Assembly: GCA_944392515.1 (NCBI GenBank)
Contig: CALXWV010000001.1
Coordinates: 8,718-72,717, forward strand
DNA from: an uncultured Clostridia bacterium
GTDB taxonomy: Bacteria > Bacillota > Clostridia > TANB77 > CAG-508
Reading direction: 5' to 3'
Length of the DNA stretch: 64,000 nucleotides
Of this stretch, positions 45,245-54,623 are shown piece after piece; positions within the stretch are counted from its first letter, which is position 1; every line of letters begins with the position of its first letter. A model generated the notes under the pieces. It ran no database searches. It had not been told where the DNA came from and worked only from the letters and a program-made list of their open reading frames with translations. Position numbers and translations under genes: made by a program.

Positions 45245-45838
45245 TTAGTTAAATTTATTCATAGCTATATCAATTCCATTTGTTAAAATTTCCGGCACTG
45301 ACTCTGCCGCTTTATTTATAGATGGAACTAATTTTTCATATTCCTCATCCTTTAGTTTTCCTATTACATGTGGAATAAGTAGTTCTTTAAATTCAGGTTT
45401 TCCTGTACCTACTCTAATATGGATAAAATCTCCTGTTTTTAAGTATTCTATAACTGATTTCATTCCATTATGTGTTCCTGCTCCACCTTTTTTTCTAAGC
45501 TTAACTACTCCTACTTCTAAATCTATATCATCATATATTATTATGATATTTTCAGTAGGTATTTTATAATATTCTTTTACTTTAATAACACTTTTTCCAC
45601 TTTCGTTCATATATGTCTGTGGTTTAAGTAAAATTACTTTTTCATTTTCTATTTCACCTATGCCTGTTAAGCCTTCAAATTCTTTTTTATTTACTTCAAT
45701 ATTGTATTTTTCGCTAAGTTTATTTATTACATCAAAACCCATATTGTGTCTTGTTTTACTATATTCAGGTTCTGGGTTGCCAAGTCCTACTATTAAATAC
45801 ATATTAATCTTGTATGATATATTTATTAAATATACCAT
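45245..45838 (-). CDS. pth: peptidyl-tRNA hydrolase
   Basis: LIVGLGNPEPEYSKTRHNMGF, THNGMKS. The true start may be the internal MYLIVGLGNP (45802). Confidence 0.9.
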   Translation of the reverse strand: MVYLINISYKINMYLIVGLGNPEPEYSKTRHNMGFDVINKLSEKYNIEVNKKEFEGLTGIGEIENEKVILLKPQTYMNESGKSVIKVKEYYKIPTENIIIIYDDIDLEVGVVKLRKKGGAGTHNGMKSVIEYLKTGDFIHIRVGTGKPEFKELLIPHVIGKLKDEEYEKLVPSINKAAESVPEILTNGIDIAMNKFN

Positions 45839-45894
45839 ACTCTCCTTTCCTTATATTTAGTAATCACTTTTTTCTTATTACATTTATATAAAAT

Positions 45895-46704
45895 TTATCC
45901 ACCATATCTAAAATGTCTATATTCTATTTTTAAAATTATTTTCCAGGCTGGATCTTCTAAAGCATACATTCTATGTAATCCATAAATATTTAGTTTATTA
46001 CTTTGATTAATTTTACTATCTGTAAAATTTTGCACAATGCCATTTTCTTCAAGTAATTTTCTACCTTCTTCACTATATAATCCACAAGGATATGTGAATA
46101 CTTTTTCAATACTATGCCCTAATTCTTCCTCTATTTGAGATAAAGATGTATTTACATCCTCTAATAAATCTTCTGGTTTATATTTATCATAATCATCATG
46201 TTTCATACTATGTGAGTATATACTAACAAAACCACTCTTGTCCATTTCTCTTGCTTCATCCCAAGTATAATAACCTTCTGTTCCCACATCATTATTTATT
46301 AAAAAACTTGTAATTGGTATATTATTTTCTACTGCAAAAGGATAGGCATAATTATACACACCATCATATCCGTCGTCAAAAGTTATTATAAAACTCTTTT
46401 TATTTATAGCTTTTTCGCCTTTACTATATTCTATTAAATCTTTATATGTAATAGGTTTATAACCATATTTTATAAGACCATTGATTTGCTCTTTAAAAGT
46501 ATCAAAAGTTGTTTGCATATAATCAAATTGTATTTCATCTTTTGATTCTACTATATCATGATAAATTATTATTGGTATAAGTAAGTTTTTTTCACCTATT
46601 TTATATTGATTGTTAATTGTAGCTCTATCATATATAAATATACTGCTAATAGCCACAATTATTATAATTAGAATAATTCCAATTATTTTTAATGCTTTTT
46701 TCAT
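45895..46704 (-). CDS. polysaccharide deacetylase family protein (NodB domain), membrane-anchored
   Basis: ITFDDGYDGVY (TFDDG motif), HSMKH, N-terminal TM helix. Confidence 0.8.
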   Translation of the reverse strand: MKKALKIIGIILIIIIVAISSIFIYDRATINNQYKIGEKNLLIPIIIYHDIVESKDEIQFDYMQTTFDTFKEQINGLIKYGYKPITYKDLIEYSKGEKAINKKSFIITFDDGYDGVYNYAYPFAVENNIPITSFLINNDVGTEGYYTWDEAREMDKSGFVSIYSHSMKHDDYDKYKPEDLLEDVNTSLSQIEEELGHSIEKVFTYPCGLYSEEGRKLLEENGIVQNFTDSKINQSNKLNIYGLHRMYALEDPAWKIILKIEYRHFRYGG

Positions 46705-46722
46705 ATTAAAATTTCTCCTTGC

Positions 46723-49700
46723 TTAGCCATTTATATTTTTAGATATTTCATCTAATATTTCTTGCCTTGGTTTATTACCAATGTAGTTATATTTATTTCC
46801 AGCAAGCTTTGGGTTAAACTGACATATTGATTTATATTCACAGTAACTGCAAGGTGTTTTTTTATTATTAACTGAATAGTATGGTTTTAAATCAATATTG
46901 CCATCTAGTATTTCTTTAGAAATTTGTTTTATTAATTTTATTGTATATTTTTGCAAGTTTTCAAACTCTTCTTTTGTAACTGTTTTTGAAGATTTATAAT
47001 TTATCTCACCAGAATCATTAAGTTCTACTGGAATTATGTCAGATTTACCTGATGTAAGATTACTATCCATCATTTTTATTACATTTACATCTGCTAAAAC
47101 TAATCCATTCATTTTATAATTCTTTTTAATTATTTCTTCAATTTCTTCTTTTGTCATTTCTTTTTTAGCTTTAGCAAGTTTTGGTTCTATTAAAGAAAAA
47201 TATAATGCTCCTGCAGGCTCTGCTTTTTCTTTTTGAGTTATTGCATCTACATATGTTAATAATTGAAGTTGAAGTCCTGCTATTACTTTATTTAGTTCAA
47301 TATCTTTTGTAGATGACTTATAATCTATTATTCTAATATACTTTCCATTTGGAGCTTTTGCTATATCTATTCTATCTATTTTACCTGTAATAGATACTTT
47401 TTTGCCATCATCTAAAACCATTTCTATTGGTGGATATTCATTATTTCCAAATTCAAGCTCAGTCTTAAATACATCAAATGAACTGTTTCTTAAACTTTGT
47501 AAAATATATTTCATAGAATAAAATATAACCTTTTTTAATCTTCTTACTAAATTTCTATATTTGGCTGTTGCAGTAAAAATGTAGTTTCTAGGCATTGATA
47601 ACTTATCTTCAATAATTTTATCTAATATTTTCTTTAAATCTTCATCAGAAATTTCCTTTACATTTTCATTTTCCTTAAAAAATGTATCTACTACATCATG
47701 CATAAATGAACCAGTATCTACTGGCTTTATATCCATTTTTTCTTTAGAAGATAATTTTAAGCCATATTTTAGATAATAAGAAAACTCACATGATTTATAT
47801 TGCTCAAGTCTTGATACTGTTGTATTTAGAGTATTTCCATAAAGCTTTTTGACATTTTCTTTGTTTATTTTTTCTGGAATATTTGTATATTCTAGTCCTT
47901 CTAATGCTTTTTCTAATCTATATGAATATTCTTTATTGTTTTTATACCAGTTATATACTTCATACCAATTTCCATTCATTTTATTTATATGTTTAAGAAG
48001 TTCAGCGAAAGTTACTTCTTTTGTGTAGATGTCTATTGCTTTCCTATTTGTATCATCATTTTGTAAAGTACTATTATAATTATTTTCTTCATCTAAAAAT
48101 GTATCCTCTTTTAATTTAGGAAAAATCTTTCTTATTTTAGAAATTATAGTTGACCTTCTTAAAGGCTTATCATCTACATCACTTGCAGGATAAGATATAA
48201 ATAACTTTTCTTCAGCTGTTGAAAATGCTTTATATATATTAAAGTTTTCTTCATACATCTTCTCTATTGTTCCCTTAGCAAGTTCTATTCCTTCTTCTTT
48301 TAAATTTTCCCTATCTTTATCATTAAAGAAACCTTCACTTGATGGAACACTTGGAAATACTCCATCATTTACACCTATAATAAATATTGCTTTTACTTTA
48401 TGCGTTTTTGATCTATTTACATCTCCAACTGTTACTTTGTCTTGAGTTTGAGGAATTTGCCCTATCTCTTTTGTAGATATTCCAGTTTTTAAAAGTTTTG
48501 CATAAGTATCAAATGACATTTTAACATCTTTAAAAAGCATAGCTATTTCATCAATCACATCTATTACTGCATTATAACTATCTACATTAATTAATGCATT
48601 GTTTTCTAAGGTAATTTTATCATTTTCAACTATTTGGTTTTCATTAACATTTTTTAATATAAATTTATATAATTCTTCACTTATCTTATCGGCTGAGTTC
48701 TTTGTTCTTAAATTACTTTTAAATTCTAATAATGGAGTAATTATATCTCTTTGCTCTTTATAAAAAGTATCTTCTTCCCCAAAATTCCATGGCTTTTCAT
48801 ACCATTTACTTCCTTTTATATTCCATTTAATACAATAATTTTCTAATTCGTAAAGCCTGTCTATTTTTACTATTCCAGATTTTAAATAATTAAAAACTGC
48901 CTCATAAGACCAGTTTTTTGCAAATATATCTAGTATAGCTAAGACGTATTTTACAAAAATATCACTTGTAATATCCTTTTTTTCATCTATAAATACAGGT
49001 ATTTCATATTCAGAAAATATTGCTTTGCAAAGACTACTATAACTTTCTATATTTTTAGTAATTACTCCAATATCTCTATATCTATATCCTTCATATCTTA
49101 CTAAATTAGATATTATCCTTGCTACATTTTCTATTTCTTCATACTCATTTTTTGCAATTGTAAGTTTTATATTTTTAACTTCTTTATTATATTGGCTATA
49201 TGGAATATCAAATATATTTTTTTCTAAATGTTTAAGCTCTTCATTTTTAAATCTATATGTATCTTTTAAATGAATTTCATTTTTTATATCTGCTATACTT
49301 TTTAAAGTTTGAACTGTTTGTTTATTATCATAAAATATATCTGCTTCTGGGCTTTTTAAAACTTTTAAATCATCTGTGCAAACAGTAATAAATATATCCT
49401 TTGCTATTTTATTTAAAACCTGTAAAACATTATATTCTTGTTTAGTAAATCCAGCAAATTCATCTATGTAAAATATAGAGTTATCAAATAGATGACTTTT
49501 TTCTAAATTTTCTGCAAGTAGATTTAGTAAGTCATTTTCATCAATATATTTATCTTCTATTTTTTCTTCAAACATAGAATAAATCAAATACATATCTTTT
49601 ATTTTTAATTTTAGATAAGTATCTTGAGTTTTTTCCATTTTTTCTTTTAGATTTTGGGCAGTTATTCCATGTTTTTTAAATTCTGTTATTTGTGTTAATA

Positions 49701-50043
49701 TTAAATCTATATTTTCTAAGTTTTTACCTAAGAAATTAAGTTCTTTTTGCGCTTCTTCTAAAAGTGATGACACTACCATTGCTTTTCCTGATTTATCTAT
49801 GTTTTTTAGATTTGAACCTAAAGTTTCCTTTATTACCCTATATGCCATTCTTTCAAAAGATAATACTTCTACATTTGTTGTTGCACCTTCATCTAATGTT
49901 TCTAAAAGTTTTTTTTCTGCTGTAAAAGAAAACTGCTCTGGTGTAATTATGTATGTTTTAGGTGCAGTTTTTATTTCACTTTTTATTTTATTATATATAT
50001 ATTCACTTTTTCCACTTCCGCTTCTACCATATATAATATTCAA
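46723..50043 (-). CDS. addB: helicase-exonuclease AddB
   Basis: 1106 aa; an N-terminal GRSGSGKS P-loop, a C-terminal RecB-type nuclease (IDRID..IIDYKS), and the Fe-S cysteines CSYCEYKSICQF. Confidence 0.92.
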   Translation of the reverse strand: MNIIYGRSGSGKSEYIYNKIKSEIKTAPKTYIITPEQFSFTAEKKLLETLDEGATTNVEVLSFERMAYRVIKETLGSNLKNIDKSGKAMVVSSLLEEAQKELNFLGKNLENIDLILTQITEFKKHGITAQNLKEKMEKTQDTYLKLKIKDMYLIYSMFEEKIEDKYIDENDLLNLLAENLEKSHLFDNSIFYIDEFAGFTKQEYNVLQVLNKIAKDIFITVCTDDLKVLKSPEADIFYDNKQTVQTLKSIADIKNEIHLKDTYRFKNEELKHLEKNIFDIPYSQYNKEVKNIKLTIAKNEYEEIENVARIISNLVRYEGYRYRDIGVITKNIESYSSLCKAIFSEYEIPVFIDEKKDITSDIFVKYVLAILDIFAKNWSYEAVFNYLKSGIVKIDRLYELENYCIKWNIKGSKWYEKPWNFGEEDTFYKEQRDIITPLLEFKSNLRTKNSADKISEELYKFILKNVNENQIVENDKITLENNALINVDSYNAVIDVIDEIAMLFKDVKMSFDTYAKLLKTGISTKEIGQIPQTQDKVTVGDVNRSKTHKVKAIFIIGVNDGVFPSVPSSEGFFNDKDRENLKEEGIELAKGTIEKMYEENFNIYKAFSTAEEKLFISYPASDVDDKPLRRSTIISKIRKIFPKLKEDTFLDEENNYNSTLQNDDTNRKAIDIYTKEVTFAELLKHINKMNGNWYEVYNWYKNNKEYSYRLEKALEGLEYTNIPEKINKENVKKLYGNTLNTTVSRLEQYKSCEFSYYLKYGLKLSSKEKMDIKPVDTGSFMHDVVDTFFKENENVKEISDEDLKKILDKIIEDKLSMPRNYIFTATAKYRNLVRRLKKVIFYSMKYILQSLRNSSFDVFKTELEFGNNEYPPIEMVLDDGKKVSITGKIDRIDIAKAPNGKYIRIIDYKSSTKDIELNKVIAGLQLQLLTYVDAITQKEKAEPAGALYFSLIEPKLAKAKKEMTKEEIEEIIKKNYKMNGLVLADVNVIKMMDSNLTSGKSDIIPVELNDSGEINYKSSKTVTKEEFENLQKYTIKLIKQISKEILDGNIDLKPYYSVNNKKTPCSYCEYKSICQFNPKLAGNKYNYIGNKPRQEILDEISKNING

Positions 50044-50090
50044 ATCTTTATCCCTTCTTTTGAACTTTATATAAGTTCATCTTATTTATT

Positions 50091-50945
50091 TTACGCTGTT
50101 TCTCTTTTCCAATAGAATAAGTATTGCTGAGCTAAACCTTGGATATCTCCAAACTTTTCATCTGCTAATTTTTGAATTTCTTTTTTAGTTACTTTGTTTT
50201 CATCTTCATTTTTAATATACAATTCATTCATAACTCTTCTTACCCATACATCTATTGGAAATACATCAAATCTTTTTAATGTAGAAAATAATAAAATGCA
50301 ATCTGCAACTTTAGGTCCTACCCCTGAAAGTCTAAGTAATTCTTCACGAGCTAATTTTGTTGGTAATTTATCTAGTTTTTGTAGGTCAACTTCCTTATCT
50401 AATATCATATGAGTTGTTTCATAAAGTCTTATATCTCTAAAACCTAATCCTAATTTTCTAAAATCTGCTACTGTTACATTTCTTAATTCTTCTGGAGTTG
50501 GAAAAGTATAATATTCTTTATTATTGTATACTATCTTTTTTCCATAAGCTTTAGATAATCTTTCTATAATGCCTTTAATTCTTGGTATATTGTTATTTGC
50601 GGAAATTATAAAAGATATTATTGTTTCCCATAAATCTTGGTTTAATATTCTAATTCCTTTACCATATTCAACACTTCTTTTTAGATTATCATCTATCTTA
50701 GATAATTCTTCCTTTATTTTTGTATAATCTCTATCTAAATCAAAATAATCTGTGCAGATTTTTTCTATATTTCCTTCACATATACCTTTGAATATGATTT
50801 TATTACCTTTTTTTTCCACATTTAATACATTATTGTGGAAAACTCCCGTATAAGAACCATTTTCTTCTTTATTCCATCTAAAACATTGTCCACATTCAAA
50901 TATATCAGCTAATTCAAATGTATCTGACTCTATTTCGTATTCCAT
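50091..50945 (-). CDS. ogg: 8-oxoguanine DNA glycosylase (Ogg, HhH-GPD family)
   Basis: FECGQCFRW N-domain and the HhH-GPD block LSGVGPKVADCILLF...PIDVW. Start moved to MEYEIESD, which follows AGAGGT. Confidence 0.8.
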   Translation of the reverse strand: MEYEIESDTFELADIFECGQCFRWNKEENGSYTGVFHNNVLNVEKKGNKIIFKGICEGNIEKICTDYFDLDRDYTKIKEELSKIDDNLKRSVEYGKGIRILNQDLWETIISFIISANNNIPRIKGIIERLSKAYGKKIVYNNKEYYTFPTPEELRNVTVADFRKLGLGFRDIRLYETTHMILDKEVDLQKLDKLPTKLAREELLRLSGVGPKVADCILLFSTLKRFDVFPIDVWVRRVMNELYIKNEDENKVTKKEIQKLADEKFGDIQGLAQQYLFYWKRETA

Positions 50946-50989
50946 TTTTACCTCTTGTATATTTTGCATATTTATTTTTAATTATATTT

Positions 50990-52027
50990 TTAATATGTTT
51001 CAACAACATTAATTCCAAACTTACCAGGTTTCATATTTTCATCTGGTTTAACTGCTACATCTAAATCATACATTTCTTTTAATTTGTTTACATTTTCTTT
51101 TTTATGACCTATTACATTATTTACACATTCTGGATTAACTGTTATTTCAACTTCTTTAACTTTCATATTAATCTTTTTTATTTTTTCTGCAATAGAATCA
51201 TACCACATGCTATCTTCTACTAGTTGTCTAAATGCTGGATGATAAGGTCCAGCTAAAACTTCACTTCCTTCTTTATTTGGATCATTTATTTCGTCTGTAT
51301 TTTGAAGTCCAACCCTTATAACATCAATCTTCTTTTTTCTAAACATGTATATTATTTCTTTGCAACGTTCTACTGCTTGTTCTACAGTAAGTGGAGTATA
51401 TTCTCCATCCTTATATTCTTTAGCAAGTTCTGTTCCTTTTATAACTAATACTGGATATATTCTTACCATTTTTGGTTTTAATTTAATTAAGTCTTTTGCA
51501 GTGTTTATTTCATCATGTTCTGTGCTTTCTGGCATACCCACCATCATTTGATGACCTAATCTAAAACCATAAAATCTAATTAATTTTGAAGCTTTTATTA
51601 CATCTTTAAATGTATGTCCTCTTTTACTCTTAGCTAATATGTAATCATTAGATGATTGAACACCTAATTCTATTGTTTTTACTTTATATTTTTTTAGCAT
51701 TTTTAAAATATGCTTATTAATATAATCTGGTCTAGTAGAAAGTCTTATGCTATTTACCTTTTTTGCTTTTACATATTCATAAGCAGCCTCTAATAGTTCT
51801 TTTTGAACCTTTTCATCAATACCTGTAAAGCTACCTCCAAAGAAAGCTACTTCTACATATTTATTGTCATCTCTAAAGTTTTTTAAATAATATTCTATTG
51901 TTTCTTTAACATCTTTAGCTGTCACATTTGTAGACTTGCCTGTTATTTTTTGCTGACTACAAAATGTGCATGCCATTGGACATCCTAAGTGTGGTACAAA
52001 AATTGGTATAATATATTCCTTTTTCAT
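50990..52027 (-). CDS. radical SAM protein (Elp3-like N-terminal domain family)
   Basis: IPIFVPHLGCPMACTFCSQ CxxxCxxC-type cluster motif; FFGGSFT. Confidence 0.75.
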   Translation of the reverse strand: MKKEYIIPIFVPHLGCPMACTFCSQQKITGKSTNVTAKDVKETIEYYLKNFRDDNKYVEVAFFGGSFTGIDEKVQKELLEAAYEYVKAKKVNSIRLSTRPDYINKHILKMLKKYKVKTIELGVQSSNDYILAKSKRGHTFKDVIKASKLIRFYGFRLGHQMMVGMPESTEHDEINTAKDLIKLKPKMVRIYPVLVIKGTELAKEYKDGEYTPLTVEQAVERCKEIIYMFRKKKIDVIRVGLQNTDEINDPNKEGSEVLAGPYHPAFRQLVEDSMWYDSIAEKIKKINMKVKEVEITVNPECVNNVIGHKKENVNKLKEMYDLDVAVKPDENMKPGKFGINVVETY

Positions 52028-52127
52028 ACTTAATAGCCTTCCTTTCTGGTAATTAATCTTTATTTCAATTTTTGCTAAACTTATCTTTTGTAAAATTTAT
52101 ATTATTAGCTAATGGCATATTTATTTA

Positions 52128-52796
52128 TTACTCACCAAGAGCTGACTTTGCTGCTTGCATTTCTGCTAGTTTTTTGCTCTTACCAATTCCTTTTGCTAAA
52201 ACTTTACCATTACATTTAACTTCTGCTGTAAAGGTTTTATCATGGTCTGGGCCTTCTTCATTTATTATTACATATTCTATATGTACATCTCCATTTGCTT
52301 GAAGCTTTTCTTGAAGAACTGTTTTATAATCCTTCATTCCTATATGCTTAACTGCATATTTTATTGAATCTTTTAAATTATCTATTATAAACTTTTCTGC
52401 TAAATTAAGTCCACCATCAAAATATATTGCTGCTATTACTGCTTCTACACAATCTGCCATTATAGCATCTTTTTTATTTCCACCATTTGCTTTTTCACTT
52501 TTTCCAACTTGTATATACTCATAAAACTTATGGCTTTTAGCAACTTCTTTTAGACTATCTTCACATACTACTTGTGCTCTTACTTTTGTAAGCTGTCCTT
52601 CTGATAGATTTTCATAAGTATTATATAGATATTTGCTTGATATAAATTCTAATATACTATCTCCTAAAAATTCTAACTTTTCATAGCTTTCTACATTATT
52701 TTCATTAGCATAAGATGTATGTGTTAATGCAGTTTCTAATAGTTTATTATTTTTAAATTTATAATTAATGCTTTTTTCTATTTCTTCTATATTCAT
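52128..52796 (-). CDS. rnc: ribonuclease III
   Basis: ALTHTSYANE, the EKLEFLGDS signature, and a C-terminal dsRBD (GPDH.K.F...V). Start moved to MNIEEIEK, which follows GAGGA; the track start is a TTG. Confidence 0.93.
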   Translation of the reverse strand: MNIEEIEKSINYKFKNNKLLETALTHTSYANENNVESYEKLEFLGDSILEFISSKYLYNTYENLSEGQLTKVRAQVVCEDSLKEVAKSHKFYEYIQVGKSEKANGGNKKDAIMADCVEAVIAAIYFDGGLNLAEKFIIDNLKDSIKYAVKHIGMKDYKTVLQEKLQANGDVHIEYVIINEEGPDHDKTFTAEVKCNGKVLAKGIGKSKKLAEMQAAKSALGE

Positions 52797-53103
52797 TGTA
52801 TCCTCGATTTCTATTTGTATAATTTCTAAATTTTTAATCAAAAATATAATTTGTAATTTCCTTAATATCTAATAGCTTTAAGTTTATTTCTTGCTTATTT
52901 TTTGCCTTTTTTAACTTTTTATATTATACTATAAATTATTAGTATTTACAACAACTAGAAAAATTTATTTTTAGGTAAAGCTTATATTTTTTATTTTTGC
53001 TATAATTATATTTAAAATTTAAAAAACCATGCAATTTAACTTTAAGTTAATTTACACAGCTTTTTTTCTTATCTATTTATAGCAAGCTTACTACATTTTT
53101 TTA

Positions 53104-53176
53104 ATATTCCATTATAATCTATAGACAATAAAACTTCCCTTTAACATCAGATCTCTTAGCTTTATATATTCTATTT
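53104..53176. repeat. 73-nt direct repeat, copy 1 (rnc-proximal)
   Basis: 68 of 73 nt are identical to 54026-54098 by hand alignment. An additional shared TACATTTTTTT lies just upstream of both copies. Confidence 0.9.
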
Positions 53177-53384
53177 AAGTTAAAACCTAAGACTTTTAGA
53201 AATATTTTTCCAAAAGTTATTGTTTTAATGGACTTTTGGAAATACATACTTTATATTATATATTACATTTTAATATTCTCCCATTACCAAATTCTCTACT
53301 ATTCTAATGCATCGCATGCAAGCGTTCAGCGTTACAATTATAAAGTCGTCTGAATGAAAAGTTGAGGCTGTTAGTAGTAGTATT

Positions 53385-53615
53385 TTACGCAACTTTTTCT
53401 TTATAATTTACAATTGTTACTTCTGTTGCTAACTGCTTTAATTGATTTACAATTTTTTCAATATTCTCTGCTGTTTCATCATCAAAATATTGTTCTCCAC
53501 ATTGAGTACATACCTTTGCTGGAACACCTTTAATAATAATAATTGTATTCTCTAAATCAACTACATAATTCACTTTCTTTTCTTCTAAATTTCCTTTACA
53601 CATAAAACAATTCAT
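53385..53615 (-). CDS. YgiT-type zinc-ribbon protein (MqsA N-domain-like antitoxin candidate, no HTH domain)
   Basis: 76 aa from the ATG overlapping the toxin stop (TAATG), with AGGAGGG 8 nt upstream. Sequence MNCFMCKG...KVCTQCGEQYF carries two CxxC pairs. Confidence 0.75.
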   Translation of the reverse strand: MNCFMCKGNLEEKKVNYVVDLENTIIIIKGVPAKVCTQCGEQYFDDETAENIEKIVNQLKQLATEVTIVNYKEKVA

Positions 53616-53941
53616 TATTTTTCCCTCCTTGTTTTCATATCTTCTTTCCATTTCTCTGTATTTGGATAATATGCAGTTATCATATGAACAGTATCTTCAC
53701 TCATACCACATACTATATGTAATATTTTATTGTTTATATTATATCCTAATATTAAGCAACTTGGATATGGATAATCATCATAATAATATTCAATTATTTT
53801 TCCATTATTTATTGCTATTTTTACATCTGATATTAATATATCTCTTTGATTTAATCTATTTAAACAATGCTTTGTCCAATCTATTTTTCTTTTTGCTATA
53901 TATTCTTTTATAATTTCAATATTTAATAAATCTTCATTCAA
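53615..53941 (-). CDS. DUF4258-family protein (putative toxin)
   Basis: 108 aa; H...R..QR.I...DV..AI.NG.IIE.Y.DD.PYPSCLILG......LHIVC.......ITAY.P....W matches the DUF4258 pattern as I know it. Confidence 0.78.
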   Translation of the reverse strand: MNEDLLNIEIIKEYIAKRKIDWTKHCLNRLNQRDILISDVKIAINNGKIIEYYYDDYPYPSCLILGYNINNKILHIVCGMSEDTVHMITAYYPNTEKWKEDMKTRREK

Positions 53942-54025
53942 CTTTTTCTCCTCCTAATTTATTTTAGCATAAAATGGCTAATTTATGCAATTCTTTTTAC
54001 ATTTTTTTGTGTGTAATTTACTTTT

Positions 54026-54098
54026 ATATTCCATTATAATCTATAGACAATAAAACTTCCATTTAATATCAAGTCTCTTAGCTTTATATATTATATTT
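54026..54098. repeat. 73-nt direct repeat, copy 2 (acpP-proximal)
   Basis: See copy 1. The five mismatches fall at repeat positions 36, 42, 47, 48 and 68. Confidence 0.9.
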
Positions 54099-54235
54099 TA
54101 ATGCAAATAATTCTTTTTTAGCTTTTATCAAATTTTTGTATTTGATTTATTAATATACTGTTATTATAGATTTTTCCGTAGACCAATACCCATTTATTAT
54201 TATTTTCTTCTCTTTGTTTTCTTTTCCTTATTTTA

Positions 54236-54261
54236 TAAAAACAGTATAGTTTCCTATACTG
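54236..54261 (-). terminator. Rho-independent terminator after acpP
   Basis: CAGTATAG-GAAA-CTATACTG followed by TTTTTA on the minus strand, 30 nt past the acpP stop. Confidence 0.7.
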
Positions 54262-54290
54262 CTTTTTTACGCGTAAAAAATTTATATAAA

Positions 54291-54533
54291 TTAAGCTACG
54301 TGATCTTTTATGTAGTCAACAACATCTCCTACTGTTACAACTTTTTCAGCATCGCTATCTGGAATTTCAATATCAAATTCCTCTTCTAATGCCATTATAA
54401 GTTCAACAATGTCTAGAGAGTCAGCACCTAAATCATCTATGAAAGATGCTTCCATTGTTACAGCTGTTTCAGCTACACCTAATTGCTCAACTATAATTTT
54501 CTTTACTTTTTCTAAGATTTCTTCTGAACTCAT
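54291..54533 (-). CDS. acpP: acyl carrier protein
   Basis: 80 aa from [11 protein letters not shown] (GGAGGTG RBS); the LGADSLD phosphopantetheine-attachment motif. Confidence 0.95.
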   Translation of the reverse strand: MSSEEILEKVKKIIVEQLGVAETAVTMEASFIDDLGADSLDIVELIMALEEEFDIEIPDSDAEKVVTVGDVVDYIKDHVA

Positions 54534-54623
54534 GTTAAGTTCACCTCCCCTCACTCGCGGTAAAATTCATACAATTACAATAATACATAAGTATTAAAAT
54601 GTCAAGCTCTTTTTCAAAATATT

